From a virus, in IMG/VR virus record IMGVR_UViG_3300035204_001027, positions 1-64,000 of that record: a stretch of DNA of 64,000 bases; one strand, 5' to 3'. A model generated the notes under the pieces. It was given only the letters and a program-made list of their open reading frames with translations. It had not been told where the DNA came from and did no database searches. The translations under genes and the position numbers were made by a program. Each line of letters starts with the position of its first letter. The stretch's first letter is position 1. Positions 1 through 10,039 of this stretch are shown in pieces.

Positions 1-35
1 GGTTTGTTTTTTGTGCGAATAATAATTAAAATATC

Positions 36-608
36 ATGAATAGAAGAGAATTTTTAAAAGCGTCAATACCCGCAGCGGCCATACCCGCTATCGCAATCAC
101 TTGCAAATACGAAGACGACGAGAAAGAGCCAGAGAAAGAAAGCAGTAAGGGCGTTAATTGGGATTACAGGGTCTATTGCTATGAGAGACAGCAGGGCGAG
201 TGGACATTCAGCCAAAACATTAAAGGAAGCTTTGCTTACCAAAGAGAGTATATGACTTTCGATGAGGAAAACGACCTCACTTGGAACGGCTATGCTGGGT
301 GGATGGATGGTGGAAAATTACATTTTGCATCTTTTGATGACGCTACTGATTTTGTTGACTGTCATGTTAGAACCAAAGATGATACTAATCTTATAGATTC
401 TATTTATGATGTTTATTATGTTAGTAGAAAGCCCGATATTGCAGAGGGGCCAAATGGCACTGAAGAAGTGCTAAAAGAAACAGAAATAAAAGTGGCCCAC
501 TATTGGTTTAATGGAGACACAGGCAGAACTATCATGTGGGAACAGGATGGATTTAATCGAGAAACGGGAAAAGGGCTTACCGACTGGTCGAAAGTTGACT
601 GCGCTTAA
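36..608 (+). CDS. hypothetical protein with twin-arginine-like N-terminus
   Basis: MNRREFLK followed by Ala-rich hydrophobic stretch and Cys. Confidence 0.6.
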   Translation: MNRREFLKASIPAAAIPAIAITCKYEDDEKEPEKESSKGVNWDYRVYCYERQQGEWTFSQNIKGSFAYQREYMTFDEENDLTWNGYAGWMDGGKLHFASFDDATDFVDCHVRTKDDTNLIDSIYDVYYVSRKPDIAEGPNGTEEVLKETEIKVAHYWFNGDTGRTIMWEQDGFNRETGKGLTDWSKVDCA

Positions 609-835
609 TGAAAACTATAATTCACGTTAACCAGCACAAGATAAAGGCCAACACAAAGAATAAAACCGATGAGCCGGTTTTGACAGTTAAGACCTATAAG
701 TCTAACAACTATGCTCACGAAGCGGAGATTGATGGGCCATGCAAGATTGTATATAGCCCCCACAAGCCCCTCAGTTGCGGCGCTCGTGTATGGGTAGAAA
801 CACAATCGGGAGTAAAAATTAAAATAAGGAATTAG
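608..835 (+). CDS. phage hypothetical protein
   Basis: 75-aa ORF coupled to upstream stop (TAATG). Confidence 0.7.
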   Translation: MKTIIHVNQHKIKANTKNKTDEPVLTVKTYKSNNYAHEAEIDGPCKIVYSPHKPLSCGARVWVETQSGVKIKIRN

Positions 836-838
836 TAA

Positions 839-1111
839 ATGAAAGATAGATATTACGAAAACGAACCATGGGCATCAGAGATGGACGAAATATTAGGAGC
901 AATAGGGGGCAAGAAAAAAACAATAACGGACGCTACTACGTTTTATGATTTTTACCTTGAAGATAGTGAATGGCGAGATTTACAAGAGTTGTTTCGTAAC
1001 CTTTACCAACTAGAAATTGATGTAGATGATTATTTGTGGGACGCAGCGGAAAAAGTGCATGACAGAGCTAAGTTTATGCAAGAAATGGAAGCGATTAACG
1101 AGGGCAATTGA
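839..1111 (+). CDS. acidic hypothetical protein
   Basis: ORF in tightly packed operon. Confidence 0.6.
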   Translation: MKDRYYENEPWASEMDEILGAIGGKKKTITDATTFYDFYLEDSEWRDLQELFRNLYQLEIDVDDYLWDAAEKVHDRAKFMQEMEAINEGN

Positions 1112-1143
1112 AGAATAGATTATAGATATTCGTCAGATACAAA

Positions 1144-1746
1144 ATGAGACTTGACCATATAGCTTATAGATCAAGGGATAGGCACAAAACCTCTTCCTTT
1201 TTGCAAAAATGCTTTGGATATGACATCGTTGAAGAATTTTTTATAGACTTTGGAGACGGCACAAAAGCAGAATGTATCGCTCACGCACCGAGATCCAGAA
1301 TTCCCACGTCCGCCCCCTTCGTTGTAAACGGTAACGATCTCAGCCCCACCTTCATAAAAAAAACCAAGGTACACGAAAATCCCTATTTATTAGCTAATTG
1401 GATGATGCGTAATGAATACCATAGTCCTCCAGAAATTTTTGTAAGTGATGGCCCCAAGGGGTCAATAGTAGGAGATTGGGTTGCATCAAAAAATGATGGC
1501 AAGGGGGGAGTTCATCATATAGCTTACCAAACACAGAACATTGATAGAGCTATCGAGGAGTGGAGGGGGTGTGGTGTAGAATTTCTTTCCGAGGAACCAT
1601 TGAGTTGCCCCGGTCTTAGGCAAATTTTTACAACAGAACATGAGTTGACAGGCGTTATTTACGAGCTTATAGAAAGAGTGGGTGAGGAAGGTAAAGCGTT
1701 TTGTAAAGAAAATGTAAAAAACCTCATGGAGAGCACTGTGGAATAA
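1144..1746 (+). CDS. VOC (glyoxalase/dioxygenase) superfamily protein
   Basis: LDHIAY ... GGVHHIAY ... YELIER metal-binding pattern of VOC fold. Confidence 0.8.
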   Translation: MRLDHIAYRSRDRHKTSSFLQKCFGYDIVEEFFIDFGDGTKAECIAHAPRSRIPTSAPFVVNGNDLSPTFIKKTKVHENPYLLANWMMRNEYHSPPEIFVSDGPKGSIVGDWVASKNDGKGGVHHIAYQTQNIDRAIEEWRGCGVEFLSEEPLSCPGLRQIFTTEHELTGVIYELIERVGEEGKAFCKENVKNLMESTVE

Positions 1747-1750
1747 ATTT

Positions 1751-3238
1751 ATGCAAAAATGGTATGGACAAAATTATGTGGGTAAAAAGTTTTATGGTCC
1801 ATTTGATAAAACTTTTGAAAACATTAACCCTTCTACAGAGGAATCCTTAGGTAGCTTTCCCCTGACTTCTCCGAGCGAGGTGGGAGAAGTAATTCTTATT
1901 GCTAGAAAATCATTTAAGAAATGGAGAAAACTAAGTAGACTTGCTCGGGCAGAATATTTTTACAAAATTTCTAAAATCATAGAAGAAAGAAGAGATGAGC
2001 TCGCTAGGGTTATTTCTCTAGAGACAGGAAAAAATTTTAACGAAAGCATAGCGGAGGTTAATGAGGCTCTTCACATGGCGCAATTCGCTTTTGGTAGCGG
2101 CAGAACACCAGTAGGGGAGGCGGTTGCTTCAGAAATCGCAGACAAGGATAGCTACATGTTAAGAAAGCCGAAGGGCGTAATTGCTATTGTTTCTCCTTTC
2201 AATTTTCCAGTTGCGATTGGAGCTTTTTGGTGCGCTGCCCCAGCGTTAGTAGAGGGTAATACCGTTATTTTAAAACCTTCTGAGGATGCCCCCATGTCTA
2301 GTCAGATTTGTGCGGAGATATTTCATGAGGCTGGAATTCCCGAGGGGGTATTTAATTTAATCCATGGAGATGGAAAAACGGGAGACGCTTTGGTGCGCGG
2401 AGACGTGGACCATATTTGTTTCACTGGTAGCGCAGAAGTAGGTCAGCACATTCGTAAAGTTGCGGCAGAAAGTTGGCATAAAACGACCTCTTGCGAAATG
2501 GGGAGCAAATCTGCTGTTATAGTCTTTGATGATGCGACCATGTCCTTAGCTTTAGATTCTTGTCTTGCGAGCGCGTTTAAGCTTTCGGGTCAAAGATGCG
2601 TTTCTGCTAGCAGATTAATCATTCAAAGGGAGATCGTAGATGAATTTGCGCAGAGATTTGTAGATAAAGCGAAATGCATTAAGTCTGGGAATCCATTCCT
2701 TGACGAGAATACAATCAATGAAGATATGTATTATGGCCCTATTATCAATGAGCAAGGCTTAGAGAAGGTTGTCCAGAACAACAATGATGTTTTTAATGAT
2801 TCCGAGGCTATTCCCCTTTTGCGAGGTAAGAGGCCCGAGGGTAAGGGGTTCTTCATTTCTCCCACCGTCTACAAAACAGAATGGAGGGATGTTTCGTATT
2901 TAAAAAACGAAGTATTCGGCCCGCACGTTGCCATTATTCCTTTTGATACCTTGGAAGATGCAATACGTATATATAATGATACTGATTATGGGCTAGCGGT
3001 TGGGGTTTTGACGAATGATTTCAGAAAAGCGAGGATCATGCGAGACGAATGCGAGGCGGGAATGATCTACTGGAATGGCGGGTCTATTGCTGCTGAGTCT
3101 CATCTCGCTTTTGGCGGGGTTAAAAAATCTGGAAATGGATTTCCTAGTGCGGCTAGAACCTTCAGAGCAGTAACTCATGAAGTAAGCTGGACGGTTAATC
3201 ACGCAGACGATCTCTCCTTTCCTCAAGGCATGAAATGA
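1751..3238 (+). CDS. NAD-dependent aldehyde dehydrogenase
   Basis: PFNFP, LKPSE, FTGS, EMGSK, GQRC catalytic Cys, EVFGP, FGGVKKSG. Confidence 0.95.
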   Translation: MQKWYGQNYVGKKFYGPFDKTFENINPSTEESLGSFPLTSPSEVGEVILIARKSFKKWRKLSRLARAEYFYKISKIIEERRDELARVISLETGKNFNESIAEVNEALHMAQFAFGSGRTPVGEAVASEIADKDSYMLRKPKGVIAIVSPFNFPVAIGAFWCAAPALVEGNTVILKPSEDAPMSSQICAEIFHEAGIPEGVFNLIHGDGKTGDALVRGDVDHICFTGSAEVGQHIRKVAAESWHKTTSCEMGSKSAVIVFDDATMSLALDSCLASAFKLSGQRCVSASRLIIQREIVDEFAQRFVDKAKCIKSGNPFLDENTINEDMYYGPIINEQGLEKVVQNNNDVFNDSEAIPLLRGKRPEGKGFFISPTVYKTEWRDVSYLKNEVFGPHVAIIPFDTLEDAIRIYNDTDYGLAVGVLTNDFRKARIMRDECEAGMIYWNGGSIAAESHLAFGGVKKSGNGFPSAARTFRAVTHEVSWTVNHADDLSFPQGMK

Positions 3239-3810
3239 AGCTTAAAGATCTAGTTAGAAATGGCGATTTTTGTATCGTGGGAAATTCTCCCAAGGAACTA
3301 GGCAAAGGCTCTGGGCCCAAAATAGATTCCTACTCTTGCGTCATAAGGATAAATAATTTTGTAGTTTCCGAAGAGTACAAAGAAGATTATGGAAAAAAAA
3401 CAACTGTTTGGGCACACAGTTTTTGTTATGATATAAATCCCAAAGAAGAGATGGAAACAGTAGTTTGCCCTCTGCCATTAAATACTTGGGGAGTCATTGA
3501 TAGGTATCATTGGACAGATGTTGCGTGGATGAAAAGGGACGAATACAAAACAGAATATGCCCCCAACGACGTGTTCCACGAACTGCTTGATAGCGTTACT
3601 GAACCAAGCACAGGCCTAGCTCTTTTATATTGGATAAGTCAGTACGTGGATATCAAGGAAGATCAAGTTTTTGGTTTCGATTTCTTTGGTCGCGGAGAAA
3701 GAGGCGTAGTTACTTCTCATTACTGGGGAGAAGGGGTTAAAACCGCTCATAGCGGAGAGCAAGAGTACAACCTTTTCAAAAAAATCGTAGTAGACAAAGA
3801 TGCAGGATAG
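3235..3810 (+). CDS. GT29 (sialyltransferase-like) glycosyltransferase
   Basis: CIVGNS..G.GPKIDS..CVIRIN (sialylmotif L-like), PSTG...VFGFDF (S-like), HYW and HxxxxE (VS-like). Confidence 0.7.
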   Translation: MKLKDLVRNGDFCIVGNSPKELGKGSGPKIDSYSCVIRINNFVVSEEYKEDYGKKTTVWAHSFCYDINPKEEMETVVCPLPLNTWGVIDRYHWTDVAWMKRDEYKTEYAPNDVFHELLDSVTEPSTGLALLYWISQYVDIKEDQVFGFDFFGRGERGVVTSHYWGEGVKTAHSGEQEYNLFKKIVVDKDAG

Positions 3811-4714
3811 AATGAAAATTTTTGTAGGAGCCCAACCTTCGCACGATATATTATTGAAGGTACTAACTCATAGTATTAAAAAGCATTGCTCAGAAAGGGT
3901 CAGCGTCAAGCCCCTTTATGGAGCCAAACGAGCAGGGCATAGAATGCCTAATGATGAGTGGAATTCTCCGGGGACTTCTTTTTCGTTTTTTAGATTTTTA
4001 ATTCCAGAAGAAACTTCTTACAGGGGTAAAGCTTTGTATCTAGATTCAGACATGATTGTTTTTTCAGATATAAAAAAATTATTTGATATCGACATGGAGA
4101 ATCACGACGTAATGGTGGCGGAGCATTTTGGTGAAACGGGTCATTCTAGCGTTATGATGATTAACTGCGCCACATGTAAGTGGGATATTGATAATATTTT
4201 GGATGACTTAGATAGTTGTAAGTATTATTATCCTCAATTAATGAGGCTTTCCCCAGTCGTGAACGATATCTCTTTCTTCTCAAAAGAATGGAATTGTTTA
4301 GATAGCTACGATGAAAATACTAATTTATTACATTATACAAAAATGCCATCGCAGCCTTGGTTAACTTGTAATAATCCCATGGGCAAGTATTGGTTTAGGG
4401 AATTTTCTGACACAATGGATTCTGGTGCTATCTCTGGGTCAGATTTGAAACACGCGGTTGAGAATAGGTATATAAGACCTTCGATAATAGACCAAATTCG
4501 CATTGGAGAAGAGGACTCTACCAAGCTTCCAGAGGGGGTTAGAAAAAAAGATACAGATTTCATGGCTTATTGTGAGCAAAATGGTTGGAATAATATGGAA
4601 GGTGCGTATCGCAATTCATATAATATAGAAGATAATGCGATAGCAGGAGAAATCGAAGCAACGAATCAGCAGTTGCATCAATTAAATGATTTTTTAAAAA
4701 ACTTGCATAAATGA
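3800..4714 (+). CDS. GT8-like glycosyltransferase
   Basis: FSFFRFLIP, LYLDSDMIV DxD motif, LLHYT...QPW. Confidence 0.75.
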   Translation: MQDRMKIFVGAQPSHDILLKVLTHSIKKHCSERVSVKPLYGAKRAGHRMPNDEWNSPGTSFSFFRFLIPEETSYRGKALYLDSDMIVFSDIKKLFDIDMENHDVMVAEHFGETGHSSVMMINCATCKWDIDNILDDLDSCKYYYPQLMRLSPVVNDISFFSKEWNCLDSYDENTNLLHYTKMPSQPWLTCNNPMGKYWFREFSDTMDSGAISGSDLKHAVENRYIRPSIIDQIRIGEEDSTKLPEGVRKKDTDFMAYCEQNGWNNMEGAYRNSYNIEDNAIAGEIEATNQQLHQLNDFLKNLHK

Positions 4715-5847
4715 GAGCTTTAGTTTTAGGTGTTGGAAGAATGGGAACCGCTATTGCGTGGGCAATGGATAAGTTCGGTTTTCACGTAACTGGTATGGAT
4801 ACTAATCCAGAAGCAGCGAACAATATACCATTTAAGGTAAATAATAATCCTGATCCAAAAAACGAATTCTTTATCGTTAAGGACGTAGAAGATATTTTCG
4901 CTGGCATTGTCGCTCAGAAAAAGCCCGATATCATCATTAGTAGCTTGCCCTATCACCAGACCGAGGAGGTAGGGACTTGGTGCGTAGATAATGGATTAAG
5001 GTATTGCGATTTAGGAGGGAGAGTAGACGTTTCTGCGGCTATAAATGAATGGGCAGAAAAATCAACCTACGCAAGAAAACCGGTGTTTACTGATCTAGGC
5101 TTGGCTCCCGGCTGGGTAAATATCCTAGCAGAAGAAGGATATAAGGCTGTTGGGTCAAAGGCTACTAAAGTGGGTATGTACGTCGGCGGATTACCCAAGT
5201 GGGTTGATATGTCGAATCCTCTCAAATATGAATCCACATGGTCTGTCGATGGGCTTATCAATGAGTATGCTGATGATTGTGAGGTTTTGGAAAATGGAGT
5301 TCTCAAAACCGTGAAGGGAATGAGTGGCTTAGAGCATCTTGAGGTTTTCGGTGCCCCATTTGAAGCTTTCTTTACCAGCGGTGGTGCGGCCCACACCATT
5401 AAATCTATGAAAGATAGGGGGGTGCTTGATTGCTATTATAAAACTTTACGGTACAAAGGGCATAGAAACGTTGTGAATTTTTTGATTAATAGATGCGGCT
5501 TAGAGAAGGAGGTTCTAGAAAAGATATTCGTGAAAGGATGCCCCCCTTCAGAGGAGGGGGATATAGTTATAATGAAGGCTAGTGTTTGGAGTGGGGAGAA
5601 CCCGTCTTTGGTTTGGACTAGACAGATACAAATAAATAGTGATGATAATTTTAGCGCAATGCAGAAGGCCACTGCTTTCTCTATCTCCAGTGTTGCTAAA
5701 ATAATGGCAGAAGGAAAAATGGAAGGAGATAAAGATCAACATAGAGATTATTGGACTCAGTATCCAATGTCGCTTTCGTATTCTGATGTACCATACGATG
5801 AGTTTGATAAAAATTTAAATCAATTAGGAGTCTACAGCGATGGATGA
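4711..5847 (+). CDS. saccharopine dehydrogenase / lysine 6-dehydrogenase family oxidoreductase
   Basis: GVGRMG Rossmann motif, YCDLGG, GLAPG, VGGLP, WSVDGLINEY, FTSGG, YKTLRY.GH, SAMQKAT. Confidence 0.88.
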   Translation: MRALVLGVGRMGTAIAWAMDKFGFHVTGMDTNPEAANNIPFKVNNNPDPKNEFFIVKDVEDIFAGIVAQKKPDIIISSLPYHQTEEVGTWCVDNGLRYCDLGGRVDVSAAINEWAEKSTYARKPVFTDLGLAPGWVNILAEEGYKAVGSKATKVGMYVGGLPKWVDMSNPLKYESTWSVDGLINEYADDCEVLENGVLKTVKGMSGLEHLEVFGAPFEAFFTSGGAAHTIKSMKDRGVLDCYYKTLRYKGHRNVVNFLINRCGLEKEVLEKIFVKGCPPSEEGDIVIMKASVWSGENPSLVWTRQIQINSDDNFSAMQKATAFSISSVAKIMAEGKMEGDKDQHRDYWTQYPMSLSYSDVPYDEFDKNLNQLGVYSDG

Positions 5848-6415
5848 AAATAATTCTTTTTTTAAAAACGTACCACTGAGTTTTGAACAAGTGGCTAACG
5901 ATAATGCTTATTCTGATCGAAAATTCGACCTAGACTTAAGCACGGGCTACGTTCCCTTTTTTGAGCACTTTTTCGAAGAACTCGGTAAAAAAAGAGACGC
6001 TCAAGTATTAGTGATTGGGTGCGAAGAGGCTTCTTTCATAAGGAGCGTAGCTGATTATTTTATCAACGGTTCAGTTAAGTATATATCCTGCAGCACTGAA
6101 ATGAGTAGAACGCTAAAACATCAAGAAGAATTTACAGAAAGCAACATTGTTAAGATAGGCTCCTACACCAATAAGAGCGGTCTTGATTTAGATAAGGCAG
6201 TTCACAAGGGGGAATATAAAAATTTAAATGTAGTAATTGACATGAGCCTTTTCGAATTTCAAAAGAAAAATTTTTCTAAAATATCAAAGCTTCAAAAAAA
6301 GAACTCTCGTTATCTCATGATAACTTCTTCTAGTTCGCCTAGGTACGTTAAAGAAGGTGGTGAAGTTTACGAGATAGAAGGCACAAATGATAGGATTACT
6401 GTATTTAAGAAATGA
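5840..6415 (+). CDS. hypothetical protein (possibly degenerate methyltransferase fold)
   Basis: ORF overlapping both neighbours; fold call weak. Confidence 0.5.
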   Translation: MDENNSFFKNVPLSFEQVANDNAYSDRKFDLDLSTGYVPFFEHFFEELGKKRDAQVLVIGCEEASFIRSVADYFINGSVKYISCSTEMSRTLKHQEEFTESNIVKIGSYTNKSGLDLDKAVHKGEYKNLNVVIDMSLFEFQKKNFSKISKLQKKNSRYLMITSSSSPRYVKEGGEVYEIEGTNDRITVFKK

Positions 6416-6939
6416 TGCCATTTTATCCCACGGGGGACAAAATAATTCCCTACCGCGAACTTTCTTCTTGGAGAAAAAGTATTGGAGTAACCGAGCCAGA
6501 GTATAAAAATGGACCTTTTGATACCGAATTAGTTGTTACGAATGGGTGTTTCGATGTACTCCATGTAGGTCATGTTGAATATCTTGAGGAGGCTCGCGCG
6601 CAAGGAGATAAGCTTTTAGTGGGAGTAAATAACGATGACTCTGTGCGCTGGCTAAAAGGAAAGGGAAGGCCAATAAATTGCGCCTTGTATAGAGCTAGAG
6701 TTTTGGCTGCACTGGAATGCGTGGATTATGTTACCATATTTCCTAGTCTTGTTCAAGGAAATGCTGCTGATTTTTTAAAGAAAGCTCGTCCAGTGGTATA
6801 TGTTAAAGGCGGGGATTATTCTCTAGATACGTTAAACGAACAAGAGTCAACCGTTCTTCAAAAGTATAAGTCTAATATTTATTTTTCTAAGTTAATAGAG
6901 GGGGTTTCGACGACAAAGCTTCTTGACAATAACTTATAA
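6412..6939 (+). CDS. heptose 1-phosphate adenylyltransferase-like (HldE C-terminal half, RfaE2/HldC type)
   Basis: TNGCFDVLHVGH, LKGKGRPIN, YVKGGDY, GVSTT. Confidence 0.85.
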   Translation: MMPFYPTGDKIIPYRELSSWRKSIGVTEPEYKNGPFDTELVVTNGCFDVLHVGHVEYLEEARAQGDKLLVGVNNDDSVRWLKGKGRPINCALYRARVLAALECVDYVTIFPSLVQGNAADFLKKARPVVYVKGGDYSLDTLNEQESTVLQKYKSNIYFSKLIEGVSTTKLLDNNL

Positions 6940-6951
6940 TTGTGCTAGTAT
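6923..6951 (+). promoter_or_regulatory. sigma70-type promoter
   Basis: TTGACA-N17-TAGTAT with extended -10 TG. Confidence 0.7.
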
Positions 6952-6959
6952 TAGGTATT

Positions 6960-7556
6960 GTGATAAAATATCATTCACTGGAAGAACCAGAGTTATTGCG
7001 TCTTTCTATGGAGGATGAAGATACTGAATCCTTCGATGAGCTAGTTAAGAGAACGGAAAGAAAATTACACTTATCCATGTTAGCTAAGTCTGGCAATCCG
7101 GAGTTAGCTGGTGAAATTTGCCAACAGGCTTTTATTAAATCTTGGAAAAATATTAAAAAATTTAAATGTAAGTCTTCTTTTTATACTTGGATATACCGTA
7201 TATCTCATAATCTTTTAATAGATCATTACAGAAAAGTTAAAAGAAAAAAAGAGCAATCCTTTGAAGAAAGAATGGAATCAGATCCCTTTTTTGAGACTAA
7301 AACGCCCTTGATAGAGAAAACGGCTTATGATAACCTTAACAATGAAGAGTTAATGAAACAGGTAGATATGGCCCTAGAGAAGCTTTCGGAACCTCACAAA
7401 ACGACTTTTGTTCTCTACGAGATAGAGAGATTAAGCTATAAAGAAATAGCTAAAGAAATGAGATGCTCATTAGGAACGGTAATGTCAAGGCTTTTCTACG
7501 CGAGGAGACAGGCTCGTAAATCTCTTTCTAAAATTTTAGAGCTTGACAAACTTTAA
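6960..7556 (+). CDS. ECF (RpoE-like) RNA polymerase sigma factor
   Basis: region 2 QQAFIKSWKNIKKF..KSSFYTWIYRISHN; region 4 LSYKEIAKEMRCSLGTVMSRLFYAR; start moved to GTG 6960 downstream of promoter. Confidence 0.92.
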   Translation: MIKYHSLEEPELLRLSMEDEDTESFDELVKRTERKLHLSMLAKSGNPELAGEICQQAFIKSWKNIKKFKCKSSFYTWIYRISHNLLIDHYRKVKRKKEQSFEERMESDPFFETKTPLIEKTAYDNLNNEELMKQVDMALEKLSEPHKTTFVLYEIERLSYKEIAKEMRCSLGTVMSRLFYARRQARKSLSKILELDKL

Positions 7557-7578
7557 AAAGATATGCTATTATTAGAGT

Positions 7579-8118
7579 ATGGAAAACATCTTAGATAAAA
7601 CAAGAACATACCTAGTTGGACATATGCAGTACGCCAACGGTAGAGATTGGCGAGAGTATGTAGAGGGTGAGTTAGAGCCAATGGGTATAAAGATTTTCAA
7701 CCCATATAAAAAGCCTTTTGTAAAAGATGTCGCTGAAGATGAGAACGTGAGAGGTAAGGTTTCTGCTGATATGGAAAACGGTCACTTTAGTGACGTAGCC
7801 AAAAGAATGAAGGAGATTAGAAGTTACGACCTTAATCTCGTTGATAGATCAGATTTCATTATTGCTCACCTTTTACCGGATGTCGCGAGTTGGGGTAGCG
7901 CGGAAGAGATCGTGACAGCAGTAAGAATGAAGAAGCCGGTCTTTGTTTCTATGGAAGGGGGGAAGAATAAAGCCCCTCTTTGGATGATGGGCATGATGCC
8001 GCACAAATATATATATGATTCTATAGATTGCGTGGTAGATATGATTAAAAGAATTGATAGTGGAGAAAAAGATATTGACAGCGACAGATGGAGATTACTA
8101 AGAAAGGAGTTGCGCTAA
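7579..8118 (+). CDS. nucleoside 2-deoxyribosyltransferase-like / nucleotide N-glycosidase
   Basis: YLVGHM, DLNLVDRSDFIIA, SWGSAEEI pattern; own promoter 7543-7572. Confidence 0.65.
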   Translation: MENILDKTRTYLVGHMQYANGRDWREYVEGELEPMGIKIFNPYKKPFVKDVAEDENVRGKVSADMENGHFSDVAKRMKEIRSYDLNLVDRSDFIIAHLLPDVASWGSAEEIVTAVRMKKPVFVSMEGGKNKAPLWMMGMMPHKYIYDSIDCVVDMIKRIDSGEKDIDSDRWRLLRKELR

Positions 8119-8119
8119 A

Positions 8120-8401
8120 ATGCCTATGTGGTCACAAAATCCCGATAAATGGTTCGATTATAATTTCAAAACTTCGAACTTTGATTTAAACAGCGACACT
8201 CCCCTGAGAGAGCAATGGGACAGCCTGTCGGACAGCGAGAAGTGGGAAGAGATGGAAATGACTTTCGACACCATTAGAGACGCTAATCTAGTAATTCAAG
8301 GCTTGGAAACTAACAACGCGAATCTAAAAAAAGAACTAGAGGGAAAAGGCACCACTTGGTTGGACGCCAAATTTGGTTATGGTAAAAGCGAGAATAATTA
8401 A
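8120..8401 (+). CDS. hypothetical protein
   Basis: coupled ORF with coiled-coil-like segment. Confidence 0.6.
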   Translation: MPMWSQNPDKWFDYNFKTSNFDLNSDTPLREQWDSLSDSEKWEEMEMTFDTIRDANLVIQGLETNNANLKKELEGKGTTWLDAKFGYGKSENN

Positions 8402-8406
8402 AAATT

Positions 8407-9123
8407 ATGTCAAAACCAATGTCAAAGAAGGCGACAGTAAGGATTGGATTGCCGTCAAAACCGCACAGCAAACAAACAATAAGAATTATGCTACCATCAC
8501 AAAAAGATAAAGGAGCAGGAACACAAGTCCCCGCCCCGCCACCACAAGCGCAACAGCCACTAGTGGCTTCTGCTCCAGAAACGGCGAGATCGCCCCATCC
8601 TGTTCCGCTTCAAGCTCCACCAGTTGCACCGCCCCAAGGTGCGCCTGTTACTTTACCATCAGCAGTCACCCAACCGGCGGTTCCTGCTCAACCAGCGGCC
8701 CCTGCTCAACCAGCGGCCCCTGTTCAACCAGCGGCCCCTGTTCAACCAGCGGCCCCTGTTCAACCAGCGGCCCCTGCTCAACCAGCGGCCCCTGCTCAAC
8801 CAGCGGCCCCTGCTCTTGTCCCCGAACAGGGAGTTCCTACGGATCAACCCGCTCCATTTCCAGCCACTCCAATATCTCCTAGCCAAGTAGCGCAGACAGT
8901 AAATGCTGCCGCGAACACGATTTCTGGGGCAGTAGAGAGGGTTGAAAAATCTGTTGACTCAATAGATTATGCGCAGTTAGGCAAGCAAGTTGCGGCCAAT
9001 GTTGACTTTAAAACGGAGATAGCTAAAGCAATAGGAAAAAAACAACAAATTTTCGACTTGGTTTTAGCGTCAATAGCATTAGTAGTTTCACTTGGGGTTC
9101 TTGTTTCCCTATGGAGAATTTAA
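8407..9123 (+). CDS. Pro/Ala/Gln-rich membrane-anchored protein
   Basis: PA(A/V)QPA repeats, C-terminal hydrophobic helix. Confidence 0.75.
   Translation: MSKPMSKKATVRIGLPSKPHSKQTIRIMLPSQKDKGAGTQVPAPPPQAQQPLVASAPETARSPHPVPLQAPPVAPPQGAPVTLPSAVTQPAVPAQPAAPAQPAAPVQPAAPVQPAAPVQPAAPAQPAAPAQPAAPALVPEQGVPTDQPAPFPATPISPSQVAQTVNAAANTISGAVERVEKSVDSIDYAQLGKQVAANVDFKTEIAKAIGKKQQIFDLVLASIALVVSLGVLVSLWRI
8683..8814 (+). repeat. 18-bp coding tandem repeat, 7 copies plus partial
   Basis: CCTG(C/T)TCAACCAGCGGCC. Confidence 0.95.
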
Positions 9124-9130
9124 TTAAATT

Positions 9131-9409
9131 ATGAAAAAAGATAGAAAAGGTCGAGATATCGAAGTTGGTGATATTGTTGCTTTCGACGTTCCTGTTACCT
9201 TTGGTGCCGCAGGGAAGATGAATAGCGAGTTGTGGGATATTTTTTGGGGCAAAGCGGAGGAAGACGGCATTAGAGTCGTGGTTGATCCAGTAACCCAACA
9301 GAAAGATGTTCTATATGACTATTGTGATAGTGACCAAGGCATGCTGATTATTCGTCGTGCAGCAGACCCAGATGTCGAAGCGATGATGCAAGACCAGAAA
9401 GAAGAGTGA
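9131..9409 (+). CDS. hypothetical protein
   Basis: ORF in operon. Confidence 0.65.
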   Translation: MKKDRKGRDIEVGDIVAFDVPVTFGAAGKMNSELWDIFWGKAEEDGIRVVVDPVTQQKDVLYDYCDSDQGMLIIRRAADPDVEAMMQDQKEE

Positions 9410-9418
9410 GTAATAAAA

Positions 9419-10039
9419 ATGACTCCCAGAGAATATGTCGAACAAGAAAAACGTAGACATGAAGGGGAAAGAGATGCCAAGTTAGCTTTAGCGGAAGCTT
9501 GGCATATTCCCCTTGGGAGTCAATTAAAATTAAATTTTGCCTTAGCGGGAATGTCCGAATGGAGGCTGGAGGCGAAAGACGTTCCATTTTTTATAAGGCT
9601 CTTCGAAAATCCATCTTCTCCATTTTGTGAATTCGGTATTATGCCGGGATGTGTCAATTTATTCACTCACGATTGTATACACGCCATATTAAGTAGAGGC
9701 ATCCTACCTAAAGACGAAGCGTTCGTTATTGGATACACAATGGGAAGCACAAAAAAATTGGGATGGCTTAGGGAGAAAATATTTTTATTTATCGCTAGGT
9801 GGCTGTATCCAGAAGGTTATAAATTTCATAGAGAAGAGCGAGAAGTTTTTCGGGTAGGTGTTATGGCTGGTCTAAAATGTAAGTATGATTTAACTAGGGT
9901 CGATTTTAAAAAAATGCTAAATCATAAGCTACCTTATGTTCGCAAAAGGCTGGGTATGGATTCAAAACTTTTACAGCTTTGTTATCTTTTAGAAAAAAGA
10001 GCTTATCCAAATAGCGTGGAAAGCCAAAGGCTCGCATGA
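9419..10039 (+). CDS. hypothetical protein with HDxxH...E metal motif (Coq4-like)
   Basis: HDCIHAILSRG...DEAFVIG. Confidence 0.5.
   Translation: MTPREYVEQEKRRHEGERDAKLALAEAWHIPLGSQLKLNFALAGMSEWRLEAKDVPFFIRLFENPSSPFCEFGIMPGCVNLFTHDCIHAILSRGILPKDEAFVIGYTMGSTKKLGWLREKIFLFIARWLYPEGYKFHREEREVFRVGVMAGLKCKYDLTRVDFKKMLNHKLPYVRKRLGMDSKLLQLCYLLEKRAYPNSVESQRLA

Noticed and set aside
8624-8890. Alternative-frame repeat ORFs (NQRPLL / RGRWL)
   Set aside because: By-products of the stop-free 18-bp tandem repeat in 8407-9123.
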